DNA of 64,000 bases from Adineta vaga (lineage: Eukaryota > Animalia > Rotifera): assembly GCA_021613535.1 (NCBI GenBank), contig CP075496.1, forward strand, positions 3,224,001 through 3,288,000. Reading direction: 5' to 3'. The notes under the pieces are model-generated. The model worked only from the letters and a program-made list of their open reading frames with translations, was not told the DNA's origin and did not search any database. Position 1 is the first letter of the stretch. Every line of letters starts with the position of its first letter. A program made the position numbers and the translations under genes. Below, piece after piece: positions 1-14,294 of this stretch.

Positions 1-2
1 TG

Positions 3-3000
3 TTTCCATCAGATTCAACGAGATCATCACCAGTACCTACAAATGTTACACTCATAAATCCAATTCCAACACGAAAACCAAGTCGTTTTCAAGTTAAATC
101 CATACGAAAATCTCAACAACATCACCTTCTATTATCTAATGCAACAACAGCTAAATCATCGAATGATGACGATGGTTCAGCATCCAATCAACGTACAAAA
201 ATATCACTAAAACAATCATTATTTGAACGTAAACATACGAATACGCCAACTACCGATGGAGAAAATTCGACAACTAATACCGATAATATTGTTAATGGTG
301 CCTTATTGACATTGAAACATGTTAAAAATGGAGGTATTGGTAATGGAAATGGACATCATCGTGTACGTTTTCACGTAACACAACATAAAAAACATGAATC
401 ACCTGCAGAAGAAGAAAAAATATCAGCTCCAGTAACACCTTCACCAGCAGTAGTTCCGCCTTCATCAACAACTTCAGCACAAGGAGAAGTTAGTTAATTT
501 GAATATGATATTTGATTCAGAAAAATATTCGTTTGTTTTTCGTAGGATGAAGAAGAAGAAGAAGCTGTTGCTAAAAGTCCCGATAATCGTTTTATTAAAT
601 ATGCAAAAGAAATCGGTCGTGGTGCATTTAAAACTGTATATCGTGGTTTAGATACGGAAACAAGTGTTGCAGTTGCTTGGTGTGAATTACAAGTAAGAAA
701 GAAATAATCACGAGATTTGACATAGAAATCCATTTTTCCACTTTAGGAATTTGCACAATTTGATAGACATGAACGTGCACGTTTTAAAGAAGAAGCTGAA
801 ATGTTAAAGAAACTTCAACATCAAAATATTGTTCGTTTCTATGATTTTTGGGAAGAAACAAATCAACGAACAAACAAAAAAGTTATTATACTTGTTACAG
901 AATTAATGACATCGGGTTCATTAAAAGGGTAAAAAAACAAAGAGACTTTTTGTATTGATATTCACAAATCATTTGTTTCATATAGATATATTCGGAATTT
1001 CAAAGGACAAAAGGAAGAAAAACGTATTAATGTCATGAAAAAATGGTGTCGACAAATTCTTAAAGGTCTTGCTTATTTACATAGTCGGAATCCGCCTGTT
1101 ATTCATCGAGATTTAAAATGTGACAATGTTTTCATATCCAGTACAACCGGTTGCGTGAAAATCGGTGATCTTGGTTTAGCAACATTTAAAACTCAAACAT
1201 TCGCTAAAAGTATGCGTGGTACAATGGAATTTATGGCACCGGAAATGTTCGATGAAAAATATGATGAATTAGTTGATATTTATTCATTTGGTTTATGTAT
1301 GTTAGAAATGATTACAGGTGAATATCCATATATTGAATGTAAAGGACCAACAGCTGTGATAAAACGTGTTACAGCTGGTTTAAAACCTGATTGTTATTAT
1401 AAAGTTGAAAGTGAAGATGTTCGAGAAGTCATTGATTGTTGTATAAGAACGAAAAAAGAAGAACGTTTATCTGTACATGATCTATTACAACATTCATTCT
1501 TTCTTGATGATAATGGTTTACGTATTGATCTTGTTCGAGATTCATCGGATGATTCTGTTGTTATGATGAAAAATGATTCAGTAGATTTAAAATTGAAAAT
1601 TGTTGATAAAGCAAAACGAAAAGCTTTATTTGCAGAAAAGAAAGTTTTATCAACGGTTTTTGAAGCCATACTTTTCCCATATAATCTCAATAATGATACA
1701 CCAGAACAAATTGCAGATGAATTAATTGGCAAAACTTATATTTTTGATGAAGATAAAAAATTTGTTATACAATCCATTAAAGATCGTGTTCGAGCATTGA
1801 ATTATGAGTCGATTGATCGACAAGCTGGTGTATACTCGGGAAATGTGAAACCAACGATCAATCAAACGCCACAACCATCTATTATAATGCAACAACAGCA
1901 GCAACAACAACAACAACAGCAACAGCAACAACAACAACAACAGCAGCTGCAACAATCTCATCAACAGCTATCTCACCAACAGCAACAACAAACGGCACCT
2001 TTAGTATCTGTACCTCAACTAACAAATTTTGCTCAAGCACCTGCAGTCGTTCAACAAATATCAGTTGAACAACAACAACAACAACAACAGCAACAGCATG
2101 TAATCAAACCATCCACTGAAATCCCATCAGTTAAACCAGTTGTTCAAACTGAACCAACACCCATCACTCAAATACCTGAACTTAGTCCGAATGTGCCAGG
2201 TTCAGCTGTAAGTCTCGAAGAATTAGAAGCGGCATTAAAGAAAACATTTACAAAAAATATTACTCAAGGTTCTAATACAACTACCAGTGTTGTTACTGAA
2301 ACTAATGAATCCTCAGCACCATTAATTAATCAAGAAGATCCATCTATAGTAAAACCTATGACTAATACCAATATTATGGAACAACTTTCAATTGAAGAAC
2401 CTAGCTTACCACTGACTACTGAACCTTTATCAAGTAAATAATCTCATTTATGTGATTGATTTTATTTTTATCGAATCTCTATATTTAGATAATATACAAT
2501 CATCAACATCGACGATAGTACAAACTCAATCTCAGCCAACAACAATGTTGACGAATCAACAACAACAACAAATGCTTCAAAATTCTCATCTTTTATCACA
2601 ACCTTCTCAAAGTTTCTCGTATTCAACAGTTTCTCCTCCTTCTCAACATTTGATTCCTAATACTATGCCTAATGACACTATTAAAACAATTATACCACTT
2701 TCAGTGACGTCTGCTCCTCCAACTGCAGAACCTACTGAAAATATTCATACATCGATATCACCTTCAAATACACCTTTATCTCTTCCACATACGAGTGAAG
2801 CTGTTCAACCGTCAATTCCGTCAGATACTCAACCACAAGTAGGATTTGATCAGCGATTATTTTTTTACAGTCTCAATGAAATCTTTTAGGTATCAGGTAG
2901 TTTACAACAACTTGAAGTTCTCCTGATGAATACGTTTAAAAAGCCAAATAAAACGACTGGAACAGCACACAGTAGTGATGGTGAAACAGTTACGACCAAT

Positions 3001-3621
3001 ACTTCATGTATAACTTCTGTTCCCATATCAATAAATGATGATAAAAATGAAATGGAAACCGTTTCTACTGATTCATCATCCTTAGTTCTTGATGATAAAA
3101 AACATCAATTGAATGATACATCGAATATGTCTACTCAATCATCTCAACAAACAATCAAACCTCCACAACAACAACAATTAAGTGAATCAACACATTTCGA
3201 TCCATTAATATCAACTGATAATGGTAATTTACAAGAATTAGAAACTCTTCTTAAAAGTACATTTCAAAAATCACCGAATAGTACTGATACAATCACTATA
3301 TCTCCTCAAATTCCAACCTATGATGAGTTTACTGACTTGAAATCAATGATTATGGATATGAGTCAAAATCTCTTGACTAAAATGAATGTAATTGAAACAA
3401 AAATCGATGAACATTGTTCACAGACAAGAAAAATAAATCATATGATTACAAATACCATATTACCATCATTAATGGATCTAACCGATATCATTCAAGAAAC
3501 ATCTGAAACATCAAATCTTGATTTACGTGTTAAAACAAAATTAGAAAATATTCAAACACGTATTCGTACAACACAACAACAGCACCAACAAAATGAAATG
3601 AAAAATCTAATGGATATTTAA
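3..3621 (+). CDS. WNK: WNK (with-no-lysine) Ser/Thr kinase, multi-exon; 5' end may lie at or beyond the window edge
   Basis: Exons about 3-488, 546-692, 747-928, 987-~2434, ~2489-2838 and 2891-3621. WNK hallmarks: GRGAFKTVY (Lys in subdomain I), VAWCELQ (Cys at the usual Lys position), [19 protein letters not shown]. These are followed by a CCT-like region, polyQ and a C-terminal coiled coil. Confidence 0.95.
1890..1990 (+). repeat. CAA/CAG polyglutamine tract in WNK
   Basis: Run of caa/cag codons encoding about 19 consecutive Q plus further Q blocks. Confidence 0.9.
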
Positions 3622-4199
3622 TTTATCTTTTCTTTTTTCGTTCTTTTTCAATCTGTATGTTTACAAACTCTGTCGTCTTTTCATGAAATTCACATGTACA
3701 GTTTCTTTCTTTTTTCTTTTTTGTTGTTGTTGTTGTTCTTCTTCTTCTTTTTCTGCTTTTTCTTTATTGTTCTTTATCTTTACTCTTACAATCATTGTCA
3801 TATTAGACATATACATGCGTATGAGATCGATGATACGAAAAAAACTAGCGAAAAAAAGTATAATTCTTTATGTGAATACCTCGATAGTAGAAATGACGAG
3901 AAGATGTTCTAGGATACCATCATTATTCATACAAATGATCATCGTCTCGAAGAGAAAATGTCGGAAGTTCAATTACGGCACTCATTCAGTTTTTAAAATA
4001 TTGACATACTTTAAATCTCACATAAATTCTATTACATAGATTGAGTAAGCGATGGATTACTTTACTGAATAAACTTTGTTCGATAGTATTACAAACATCA
4101 ATGATAAAAATACTTTATCACACGAGAAATAGTTTTATTAGTAGTGTTTTCATCAAAAAAATAAGCATATATATTATACAACAGAAATTGGAAAGATTA

Positions 4200-5366
4200 C
4201 TATTTTTGAGCACCAGCCTTAGCTAAACGATCTGCTTCATCATTACCTTTATTCGATGAATGACCTGGTACATATGTCTGAATAGAAAAAGATCTTTTTG
4301 ATTTGTAATCAAAAGTTTTTTAGAAATAAAAGTACCCATTTTAACTCGAGTTTCTGTTGAAGTTCATCAATTTTCATCATTAAATCTCGATTCATTACTG
4401 GTTTAGAATCCGTTTTCTTAATCCAATTCGTTCTTTTCCATCCAGGTATCCATTGTGTTGCAGCTAGATTAATCAAATAACAGTCATATTCATCATATAA
4501 ATCAATTTTCTATTGATTACATACATTGTATGGTATATTTACTATCAGTACGGATTTCTAAATGACTTATACCATTTGTTAACGCAACTTGCATAGCACT
4601 GATTGCTGCCTAAATGACATATAGCGAGAAAGAAGAATGATTAAATAAATTAAATATTTTCATACTGCTAGTTCAGCTCGTTGATTTGTTTGATCTCCTT
4701 GTAAACGTTCACTTGTATTCCTAAAGAATCATCACAGATACAATTCATTCAATAGAATCGAAATCTTTCAATACGTTTCGTTTACTTACCATGAATGATC
4801 ATCACCCCAATAAACTCCATAACCAGCTCTTGATCCTATTTGGCCATTTCCAAAACAACAACCATCCGAATAGACAACTGTATATTCTATTTTCAATCAT
4901 CAAATATGAATATCAAAATAAAATTCTTTTCTCTCTATTTACTTGGATCAGGATTAGTATCTTTAACGGTTAATTTTGCAAATGACGAAACTGCTTTTTT
5001 GGTTGAAAATTTGTTAATTGAATCTTCGATTAAATCTGATGGGATATTAGTTGAAATTTTTGATTTTTTCGTCGGACTTTTTTTTTCAATTGACTTTTGT
5101 ACGCTGCTCTTTCCATCGACAAAATCTTGAGCTTCACCATGTGTGTCAAATTTTTTATATTGTGCTGAATAAATATTAACTTATCAATAAATTCTCCAAT
5201 AATGAAACATTTCATACCTCCACTAAATCCACTGACTTGTTTTTGACATTCAGGCCTAAAAAATAAATTTATTATTTTGAAGAGAAAAAACAATTTTTTT
5301 TTCTTTTACAAACCATGTATTATAAATTCCAGGTTTTTTGCCTTGCCGTACAGCGTAATACGGCAT
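4200..5366 (-). CDS. RNASEH1: Ribonuclease H1
   Basis: N-terminal hybrid-binding domain (MPYYAVRQGKKPGIYNTW..CQKQVSGFSG) and RNase H motifs (QTNQRAEL, IRTDS, YVPGHSSNKGNDEADRLAKAGAQK*) across short introns. Confidence 0.93.
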
Positions 5367-5622
5367 TTGACGAAGAATAAATGATAAAAACACTTTCAAA
5401 TCTGATTTAACTAGTCTTGAAAAATAGTTGAATGCAACGAACGAACAGCTGCTTTAAAAAAGGAAGAAATGATGTATGTATCGATAGAGTGAGAAAGAAA
5501 GAGAAGGCTAAATGGTTAACTTTGTCCAATCAGATTGTTGTTGATGACGCATCTATTGAAAAATTGAAATTTGTTTTTTTCATCAGTGGGAATGTCTAAT
5601 TGTATTGTGATTTGATCATTCG
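5367..5622. promoter_or_regulatory. Putative bidirectional promoter between RNASEH1 and GGNBP2
   Basis: Head-to-head start codons 256 bp apart; CCAAT and TGACGC elements present. Confidence 0.5.
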
Positions 5623-8538
5623 ATGTCATCATTAAAATCATCCGTTCGACTTGTGGCTGTCTGTCAAAAAGAAGAAATCAATTCATTTGATAAACGCCAA
5701 ATACCAATCAATATAGACGAAAATTTAATTGTAAATCTTCGTTTTTTATAACAAAAAAAAAACATTCTTTTTTTTCGTTTATTTCTTACGATTAGATGAA
5801 ACTTCAACTAGATGATATATGTCTCCAATGTGATCCACAACGTTTGAATAATACAAATAAAACTTATCGAACATTTCTTCAAGCTTATGAACAATTAACT
5901 ATCGAAGAATTAAATGAAATTTTATGTGTATCATTAAGTCAAATAAAAGAATACATTCGACATTGTGTACCATGTATTGGCTGTCGAACAAGGTTTGTAA
6001 TGTCCTTCTTGCTTTAAATAATTATAATTCAATGATATATTTTGATTTTTAGTATTGAAAATTTTATTAAATTATTGATTGAATATCATCATCCAGGACT
6101 TGAACCACTTCTTATGAATGAAAAAGGATCAATTACAATTAAAGATTTGTATATATCCAATCCAAAGTATATTTATACATTATTTTATATTCATGGGTAT
6201 GAGAAAAATTACGAAATGATTTGATTAGAAGAGTTATTTATGTTTTTTATTAGATCGAAATTGAATTCATTTATTGAAAGTATTCCAAAATCGAAAAAGA
6301 ATCGTCGATGTAATATCCATTCATTAGATAAAACTCGATCAATGAGGTTAAAATTCTTTTGAAAAGCATATATTTATTTATAAATAATTTCATTCATTTA
6401 GTGATTGGGAGCTTGTTTGGGATATGATGAATGATGAATGTCGAGAAGAATTAACTCTAGTCGAAGCTGATGGTTTACTTGATACATTAGAAAATTATTT
6501 ATGTAAACATAAGTAAGAAACAATATCGAATAAATATGATATCATTCTGTTTTTATATCGAAAATAGATTTTGTATTGAATGCAAACTTAGAGTCTTAGA
6601 AGCTTATGATCTTTTAATAGGCGATAAAGATTATAAACCACAAGAAAGAAAAGGATTTTGTCCAGCATTATATGAAGGTAAGACAAATGTTTGAGATTCT
6701 CTATCTGTGTGATAGATTTTGAGAGTAATATCATAATTGTTCATGAAAGCAGACGTTTTTTTTTCTTTGATTTCTAGGTTTACGATCATGTACTAATGAA
6801 AAACATATTCATGTTGATCCAAAGAAAGAATTTCTTAGTAATTTAATCTTCCGAGCTGAATCAGAAATTCATGATAATCGACGTGAACGTCATGCCAAAA
6901 CGTTAGATATTGCTCAAGAAGAAATTCTAACTTGTATTGGAATTTATTTATTCGAACGATTTGATAAAATCTATCGTTCATTACGTTCCGAAGAACAAAC
7001 ATGGCAATTATTATTCTATATTGCAATTGATTGTTTACGATTAAGTAAGATATTTGTTTGTATCTTGTTTTTGATTGTGATGAACTATATCGATCGATTT
7101 AGATTTTGAAAAAGAAATTGATCGTAAACAAGATTTTCATATGACATTAAAAATTCTTTGTGAAGAATTATGTGAAACAGATGATGTTAAAACACAGAAA
7201 AAACAATCAAAACGTTCCAAACGAAAATCTCGTAGTGAAACTAAGACAAATGCAGTAAGTTTTCTTTTCTTTTCGAAAAAATACAAATTTTTTTCCATGT
7301 GAAATACTTCTTTCCAGAATAAATCACATCTATTCGATAAACAAACAATTCAATGGAAGAATTCCAATGAAAATAAGCAAGACGAAGATCTTAGCTATTC
7401 TTCTGTATGTCATTATTGTCTTCAACGATCAAACTCTTTATCGATTGTCTCAACAAATACACCACCGGTATCTTTGATAAAATCTCAATCATGTCCAACA
7501 TCGTTGCTATTCATACCTGAATCAATTCTAAATTCATCACATTCAGATATTGAGAAACAGAATCTACCAATATCAAGTTCATCAGAAACAGTATTTTCAT
7601 TGCCTTCAACCAAGGAATGTGTTTGTCATGAAAGACATTCAAGTAAATAAGAACTCTTGTCATTGAAGTCATATAAAGACGATCTATTGTTTTTTTTTGT
7701 TAAAGAAATGCAAGAAGTCTCATGTGATGAATGCCCAACAATATTACCCGTATTGTGTAGTCGTTGTTCTAGCACACGAACTGATATTGGTTATTCTTCC
7801 GGTAAAATTAAAAATACAAATTTATCCAATATTCATTTTTTCTTTCAGGACAAGATGATATGTCTTCATTTAGTCCTTGTGAATGTTCATTAATAACAAC
7901 ATGTGATACATATTTAACTGAACGTAAGACAAAAATCTAGTTAATTCAATATCAACTCTTGAATATTACTTTTCTTTAGTATCAAATGACTGTCCGTTAC
8001 ATGAAGAGGATGAGAGTGGTATATCTTTGTCTCCCAATCATTCCGAATTATCTAGTAGTTCTTGTAGTGATCATTGTCAATCTTGTAATATATTTATAAG
8101 TAAATATTTCTTTTATTTTACTTCTGAATTCAATACTTATTTCATTTCGTAGATGATGAGAAAACAATTGAACTCTATGATATTTCTCAGGAACATACAT
8201 TGAAAGTAATTGAAACTTTTCCATTCTTTTCTTTTGATCATCGTTGTCTATTTAGTTACAATTATCGGATCAATATCCATTTTTTAAAATTAATTTGAAA
8301 CAAACTTGGGTAAATTTTATTTTTCTCAACCCAAACGAATTCATTCTGAAGAATATTTCTTTTTTTTCAGGATGATAGTTCTGCAATCAATATTGAAAAT
8401 GAAGTTTACATATCCGATGCTGATATTTCTCAATTTTCTATGCTCAATAAAAATTTTCATTCGAAACGTATACAATTACATGAAACATTGAAGCTCAATT
8501 TTCAACTATGGAAACAACGTTTAGCATATCAAATATGA
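5623..8538 (+). CDS. GGNBP2: Gametogenetin-binding protein 2 (ZNF403) homolog, many exons
   Basis: N-terminus VRLVAVCQKEE..FDKRQIPINIDENL; VPCIGCR; KNRRCNIHSLDK; RRERHAKTLDIAQEEILTCIGIYLFERF...EEQTWQLLF. Confidence 0.9.
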
Positions 8539-10917
8539 ACAACTCTACATATCACTCAATTATCCAAGTGAATTTCTCGATTTTTATCTCATATTTTCAC
8601 CGAAGTTTTCTGCTTTTCTATCTTTGAGCAATGTTCGTTGTTTCTTTTTCTGCAATGTAGTTAAAGATAATTTTATAAAAGAACAAAACTATCTTAGTGA
8701 AACGTTTTTTTCCTTTCTTTAGTATTCATTATTGAAATCATGAAACGAATCTATTTTTTTTGTATCATTGTAAATCTTTGATTAACTGTTATTTCAATAT
8801 TTCCATTGAATTTGTTTAGATTGACTAAGTCAAGTCTAAAATATATGATTTTATTTGAAAAATATCAGTGAAACATTACCGTATTATACATACGTATGAT
8901 TCAAAGTCATGTTTATAAGAAATGAAATATTCGTTGCGTGAGTGTGGTCTGTTATTTTTCTTTGAATCATAAATTAGAGATGAATAATTTTCATTACGTA
9001 ACTTCTTGTTGAATCAATTGGTTATTATTCGATTCAATAATGATAACAGATCATTCACAAATATTCAATTTGATTTTCATGTTCGTAAAGAAACACAACG
9101 AACGTTCTTTTTATTTTGACCTATTTCATATAACTATTTGACGAAAGAAAATAGAGATTTGTATCTTTTATTCAAAGGAAAATTTCTTCACTGATTCGAA
9201 ACAGTTTTGTTTTCATAAGTCGAACACTTTTGTTCTCTTCAATATATCAATAATTATAATCATTTGCATATGATATCCATGACGTTTCACCTACATTCTT
9301 TAATATAATATTTAACTAAATGAGTAAAACATTGCAACATTTTTTTTCTCTCGCTCTTCTCTTCCATCAACCAGAAATAATTATTCAATTACCAATTTTT
9401 TAAAGGAAATTGTCGAACATGTTACGTATGAATAGACCTTTTTCTTGTTTGATATATATATATATATTTGAAACTGTAACAAATTATTCAAGCTTATATT
9501 AAGTAACAATCAAAATTGTTCATGTTAACTACAAATAACCCATATATTTTTTATTAATAATGAATTTTTCTTAATTAGAAATAATGATATGAGAAATCAA
9601 TATTAATTAGTTCGATCGTTGTTCTTTTCTATAAAAAAAATAACGAACTTATATGACATTGTATACTTCTACCAATTACATCCTTTTCTCCATTATGTTC
9701 CCTTTTGCAATTGATTTTTCTCCTCGTTTTGTTATACATTCGAATACTTCAACAACTTTTTTTTCTCTTCGTTTGTTTGTTTGCCTGTATTTAACGACAA
9801 TTATATGAACATCCATTGAAATATATGTTTGATAATGTATTCGAATACTTGATCAAGTGTTTTTCAATTCTATAACAAAAAAAAGAAAGAAAATGTACAT
9901 GTCGGCAAATAAAAGTTCTCTTTTCATTCTAATCGATATGTATAGAAATGTCTATAGTAACTAATCATCTTTACAGCCAACAGCAGTTGACAAGAAAGAA
10001 AGAAAGAAAGAAAAAGAAATTCAATTGTCTGTCTGATTCTCTGATTAAAAAACTAATAGTTCTAAGAAATGATTTAACGTTATGATGATAGTAAAAGATA
10101 TTTCAAACAAGGTTAGATCATTAATTATTACATATGTATATATATACCTCATATTGTTAACCTTCATCAGGACAGAAGGTGTGATGAAGATGTGCAAGAC
10201 TAGTTTTATTAAACAAAACATTTCGTATCTATTTGAGAGATTTGAAAAGAAAAATCAACCATCACTTCAACTTGTTCAATCTAATACTTGTTTTCATTCT
10301 TTACTTTCATTTCACCAAATTCTTTCTTTTTCTTTTTACGTCTCTTATATCAATATCTTCTCCTTCTATGGATGTAGGATGATTTATCTATGATTAAATA
10401 TCTCTCATTTCATTCACATATCCGAACAACGTATCATCCCCGATCAATCAATTTCTTTTTTAGCTCGCTTTTCGTCTTCAACCAATGTCTATTTTCTCTT
10501 TACGCTCATTGGCTTGTCGATCGTAATATACCTTCATATTTAAAAGAACGAAAGAGAAAATCGTTTATGATTACTACAAACAAGCACTTTTCTTTTTAAT
10601 ATTACTGTCACCTAGTCACAACCTATCTATACATATTCTTGCCTGGACATATATATCATTCTTCTTCTTCTTCTTCTTTTTTTTCTATTAAATATTTGCA
10701 AAACAATTATCACACAAGAAACTGACAAACAACGAGCATAGACTTCGTCACTGATTGGCGGAATAAAAAGAGAGAGAGAGAAAAAAAGAAGAGAGAGAGA
10801 AGGAGAGAGAGAGAAACGACGAACACGATCGATTAGCGACTACATTATTGACTACAGACTGTCAAAAGAAAGTAAGAGTAAGTGAAAGTGAAAACGACGT
10901 AACAACAAAACAAAACA

Positions 10918-13645
10918 ATGTATCAACTACCGCACTATTCAGATGCGCTCAAACAATTTCCTTCAGCTGCATTGACAGCTTATTTTGCTTCAGGTGGTGG
11001 AAATCCCAATGGTGGAAATCCAATGGGTGGTGGTGGTCATCATCATTCATTGGCCGCAGCAGCTGCAGCAGCTGCTGCTGTTGTTTCACATAATAATCCA
11101 TTTTCTATTGATAATATTCTTGGTACACGTCCACGTATACCAGTACATTTATCACCTTATTATGCTTCACCTTCCGCAAGTAGTGCTCAAGCTGCTGCTG
11201 ATTTCTATTGTAAGTATTTCTAGATCTATATTCATCTAGATTACTTTTTTCATTCATTTCGTTATTTTTCCTTTTGGTCGTTATTCCTATCTCGAATCAT
11301 CAATGAACAGTAAAGGTGTTAAAGCGAAAACTTATGATAGATACATAGACATATTCTTTTCACGTTTTCTTGCACTCGATATTTGCATATGTTAAACGTG
11401 TTTAATTGTTGGTATGGTCAGTGATTCATTATAACTAGATGTTTATTTCCGAATCGTCACCTGGTTTTAGTAATAACGTCAAGTTATTGATGTTATTAGA
11501 CTGAATAGGACAAAAAAGTTCAAAGAGAAAATGATTGTTCATGTAAACACTAAAAGAAAGTAATGCTATCGGGCATACTACATTGATATACATGCAGAGA
11601 AGATGGAAGTTAATTAGATATAAATATATATGTAGTCTTTTTCTTTGAATGTTAAGAATTAAAATAAATAACTTGTTTATTTTAAGCATATCCCGCTTTA
11701 CAAAATTTCTTTGCTGCTGCAACAATGGCTCAAAATCATAAACGAAAACGACGACATCGAACCATTTTTACCGAAGAACAACTTGAACAATTAGAAGAAG
11801 CATTTAATCGAACACATTATCCTGATGTTATGATGCGAGAAGGTAAGGCTATCAAAAATAAATTATTCTTTCATAGTTTTTGAAGATTGATTTCTTTTGT
11901 CTATTTTAGATTTAGCAATGAAAATTGATTTGAAAGAAGAACGTGTTGAGGTAAATATATGAAATGAGAAAAAAAAGAAAGGAATTTTTGCCTATTGGGC
12001 TTATTAAAGACCGTGAGAAGCTTTTATCAGTATGTATGTCTAATGGCAGAAAGTACTTGGATGACAATGTCGAGTGTTTTAAAATCGTATTCATTTGTCT
12101 CTTCTCAAAGAAAGAATAAAGTTGATTTCTTTCACTGCCTCGAGGTGACAATATACAATCGATCGTTTTTTTCTCGATTGTTGTTGTTGACATGACGACT
12201 TTTCTCTTCGAATTGTTAGTATTGCTTCTTGTCTGAAAGAATCATCTATACTTCTGTCTGTTTCTCTTTATTGACAGAAGCAATTGCACGATTTAGTTCA
12301 TCGTTTGCCAATTATCCGCTGATTGCTATCTAAATAAACTTGATTGAACCCAAATAAAAGATCAACTATTCTTTCTTCTTGAAAACTATGAACAATAGAA
12401 ATGAATGCGGGATCATCCAAAGACAAATCCTCGTATGCATTTCATGTTCGTACTCTTGATGTTGAAGAGATTTTTTCCATTTCCTTTTAACATCGCCTAC
12501 TTATCATTGAAGCTTTGTATTCCATTACATCCGATTGCTCTTTTCTTTGTATTAGTATGAAGAAAAAAAAGATCTCGATTGAACGATATGAAACAATAAT
12601 TTCTATTTGTTGTTATTTCGATTTTTGTTTTGTTCAATGAACCATTTCTTTTTCTCTGTCTATTGCCGCTAATAGGCTAATAATTTATACAAATACATCT
12701 TCATGCCATGAACACTACCGGTTAGATCTTCTGATCGAATGAATATCTATATATCATTTATATACTTCCGGAAAATAGTCAATTGTTTGTTGATATGTTA
12801 TCGATTCATGTATATAAATGATGTTCTAGATGGATAATTTGACTTGATTCATTTTTATGCATGAACACACATGAAAGAGAAGAAAAATGTACAATGGACA
12901 TAAATGAATGTACCGTAAGACATTATGACCAATCCGTAGACAGAAGAAAGAATATTGATAGGTTACACCTGCAATTTTAGAAATTTATTACTTGCAATGA
13001 GATAAAAGAAAATATTTACATTTCTTTTTCTTCCATCTAGGTTTGGTTTAAGAATCGTCGTGCCAAATATCGGTATGTATCAATATAAACATTTGTAATT
13101 TGATTAAATTTACATTGTCTTTGTAGAAAGAAGAAACGTGAAGCAACAGATCGATGTAAGTATTTGATGCATCATTGAATCGTTTTTCTGATCTGTTTAA
13201 TATAATGTATTAAGGTCGTCGTGAAACGCTCGATAAATCTCAACGAACTGATGGTGAAAGTACTGCAACAGGTTCATCAACACCAAGTGCAAATTCAAGT
13301 TCATCACTCAGTAGTGTGGGCCATGAAACAACAACAAATAATGATCATTCATCTTCAACATCACATAATCATGTTGGACGTCCTACAACATCAATTTCTG
13401 GAGCACATAGTACTAGTTCAAGATCGGAATTATCGCCTGGAATTTCATCAGCACATTCTCCAACATATACACAACAACCGTTAGCTTTAACAACATCGAA
13501 TACACGAATAAATTCCAATAATGATGATGATGATGACGACGATGATAATGATTTTCATAATTCGTCTCCTCGAAAAGAAACTTTTCCTATCAATCATATT
13601 CGACAACAACAACCATCGATTACTGGACCTTATGTTAAATTCTAA
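10918..13645 (+). CDS. gsc: Goosecoid-class K50 paired-type homeobox protein
   Basis: Exons 10918-11209, 11687-11842, 11910-11950, 13041-13072, 13127-13155 and 13215-13645. They encode an eh1 motif FSIDNIL and the homeodomain [62 protein letters not shown] (K50). Confidence 0.93.
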
Positions 13646-13698
13646 ATCCTTCCGAAAATAAAATATCGTTTTCTTTTCTTTTTCTTTTGTGTTATTGT

Positions 13699-13718
13699 TG
13701 TGTGTGTGTGTGTGTGTG
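13699..13718. repeat. (GT)n microsatellite in the gsc 3' UTR region
   Basis: About 10 TG units. Confidence 0.85.
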
Positions 13719-14294
13719 TATAGTATTTCTGCTAATGCGATTCTTTATTTTCTAGTTTTTTTGCCCTTGAACAGTGACATACTTCCTGTTGGCAATAAAA
13801 TCATTAAAAAAAACACATCAACTTTGATTTGTACAATTCATTGTTTTATCATATATGATCATTGATCCTGCTGTGATCGATTGCGTCTATTAATTAATTC
13901 GAAATCTGATTTGAACAAAAGAAGAAAGAAGGTAGCGTTTATGGTTGAATGAAAATTTAAAATATGGCGGTGTAAGGAAGAAGAGAAGGATATGTTTTCT
14001 TATGTCCATGGGAAAGACATTTGATTTTCTCAACTTGTATTTATTTATTAAAGAGATAGAAAAAAAATGAATTGAGAAGAAAAAGTCAAGTGAAGAGATT
14101 AATTTAATCATATTAAGCTTAGCTTTTTCAACTTTTAGAGTATGAAATAATTGGAAAGATAAAATGGCATTTCTAGTTTTTTCTTTATAACTGTGAAATA
14201 TCACTATAGTCTCTTTGAAGAACATTCTATAGTTTCGAATGAAATGTTTTTGTTTTATAATAAGACAAGATTATATTCAACAACATTGAAACTT

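Noticed and set aside
1397-1964. Antisense ORFs over WNK, including a poly-Leu ORF
   Set aside because: Shadow frames of the kinase and the polyQ codons
4200-5366. RNase H as a retroelement remnant
   Set aside because: It has a hybrid-binding domain and multiple introns and no adjacent RT or integrase, so it is the cellular RNase H1
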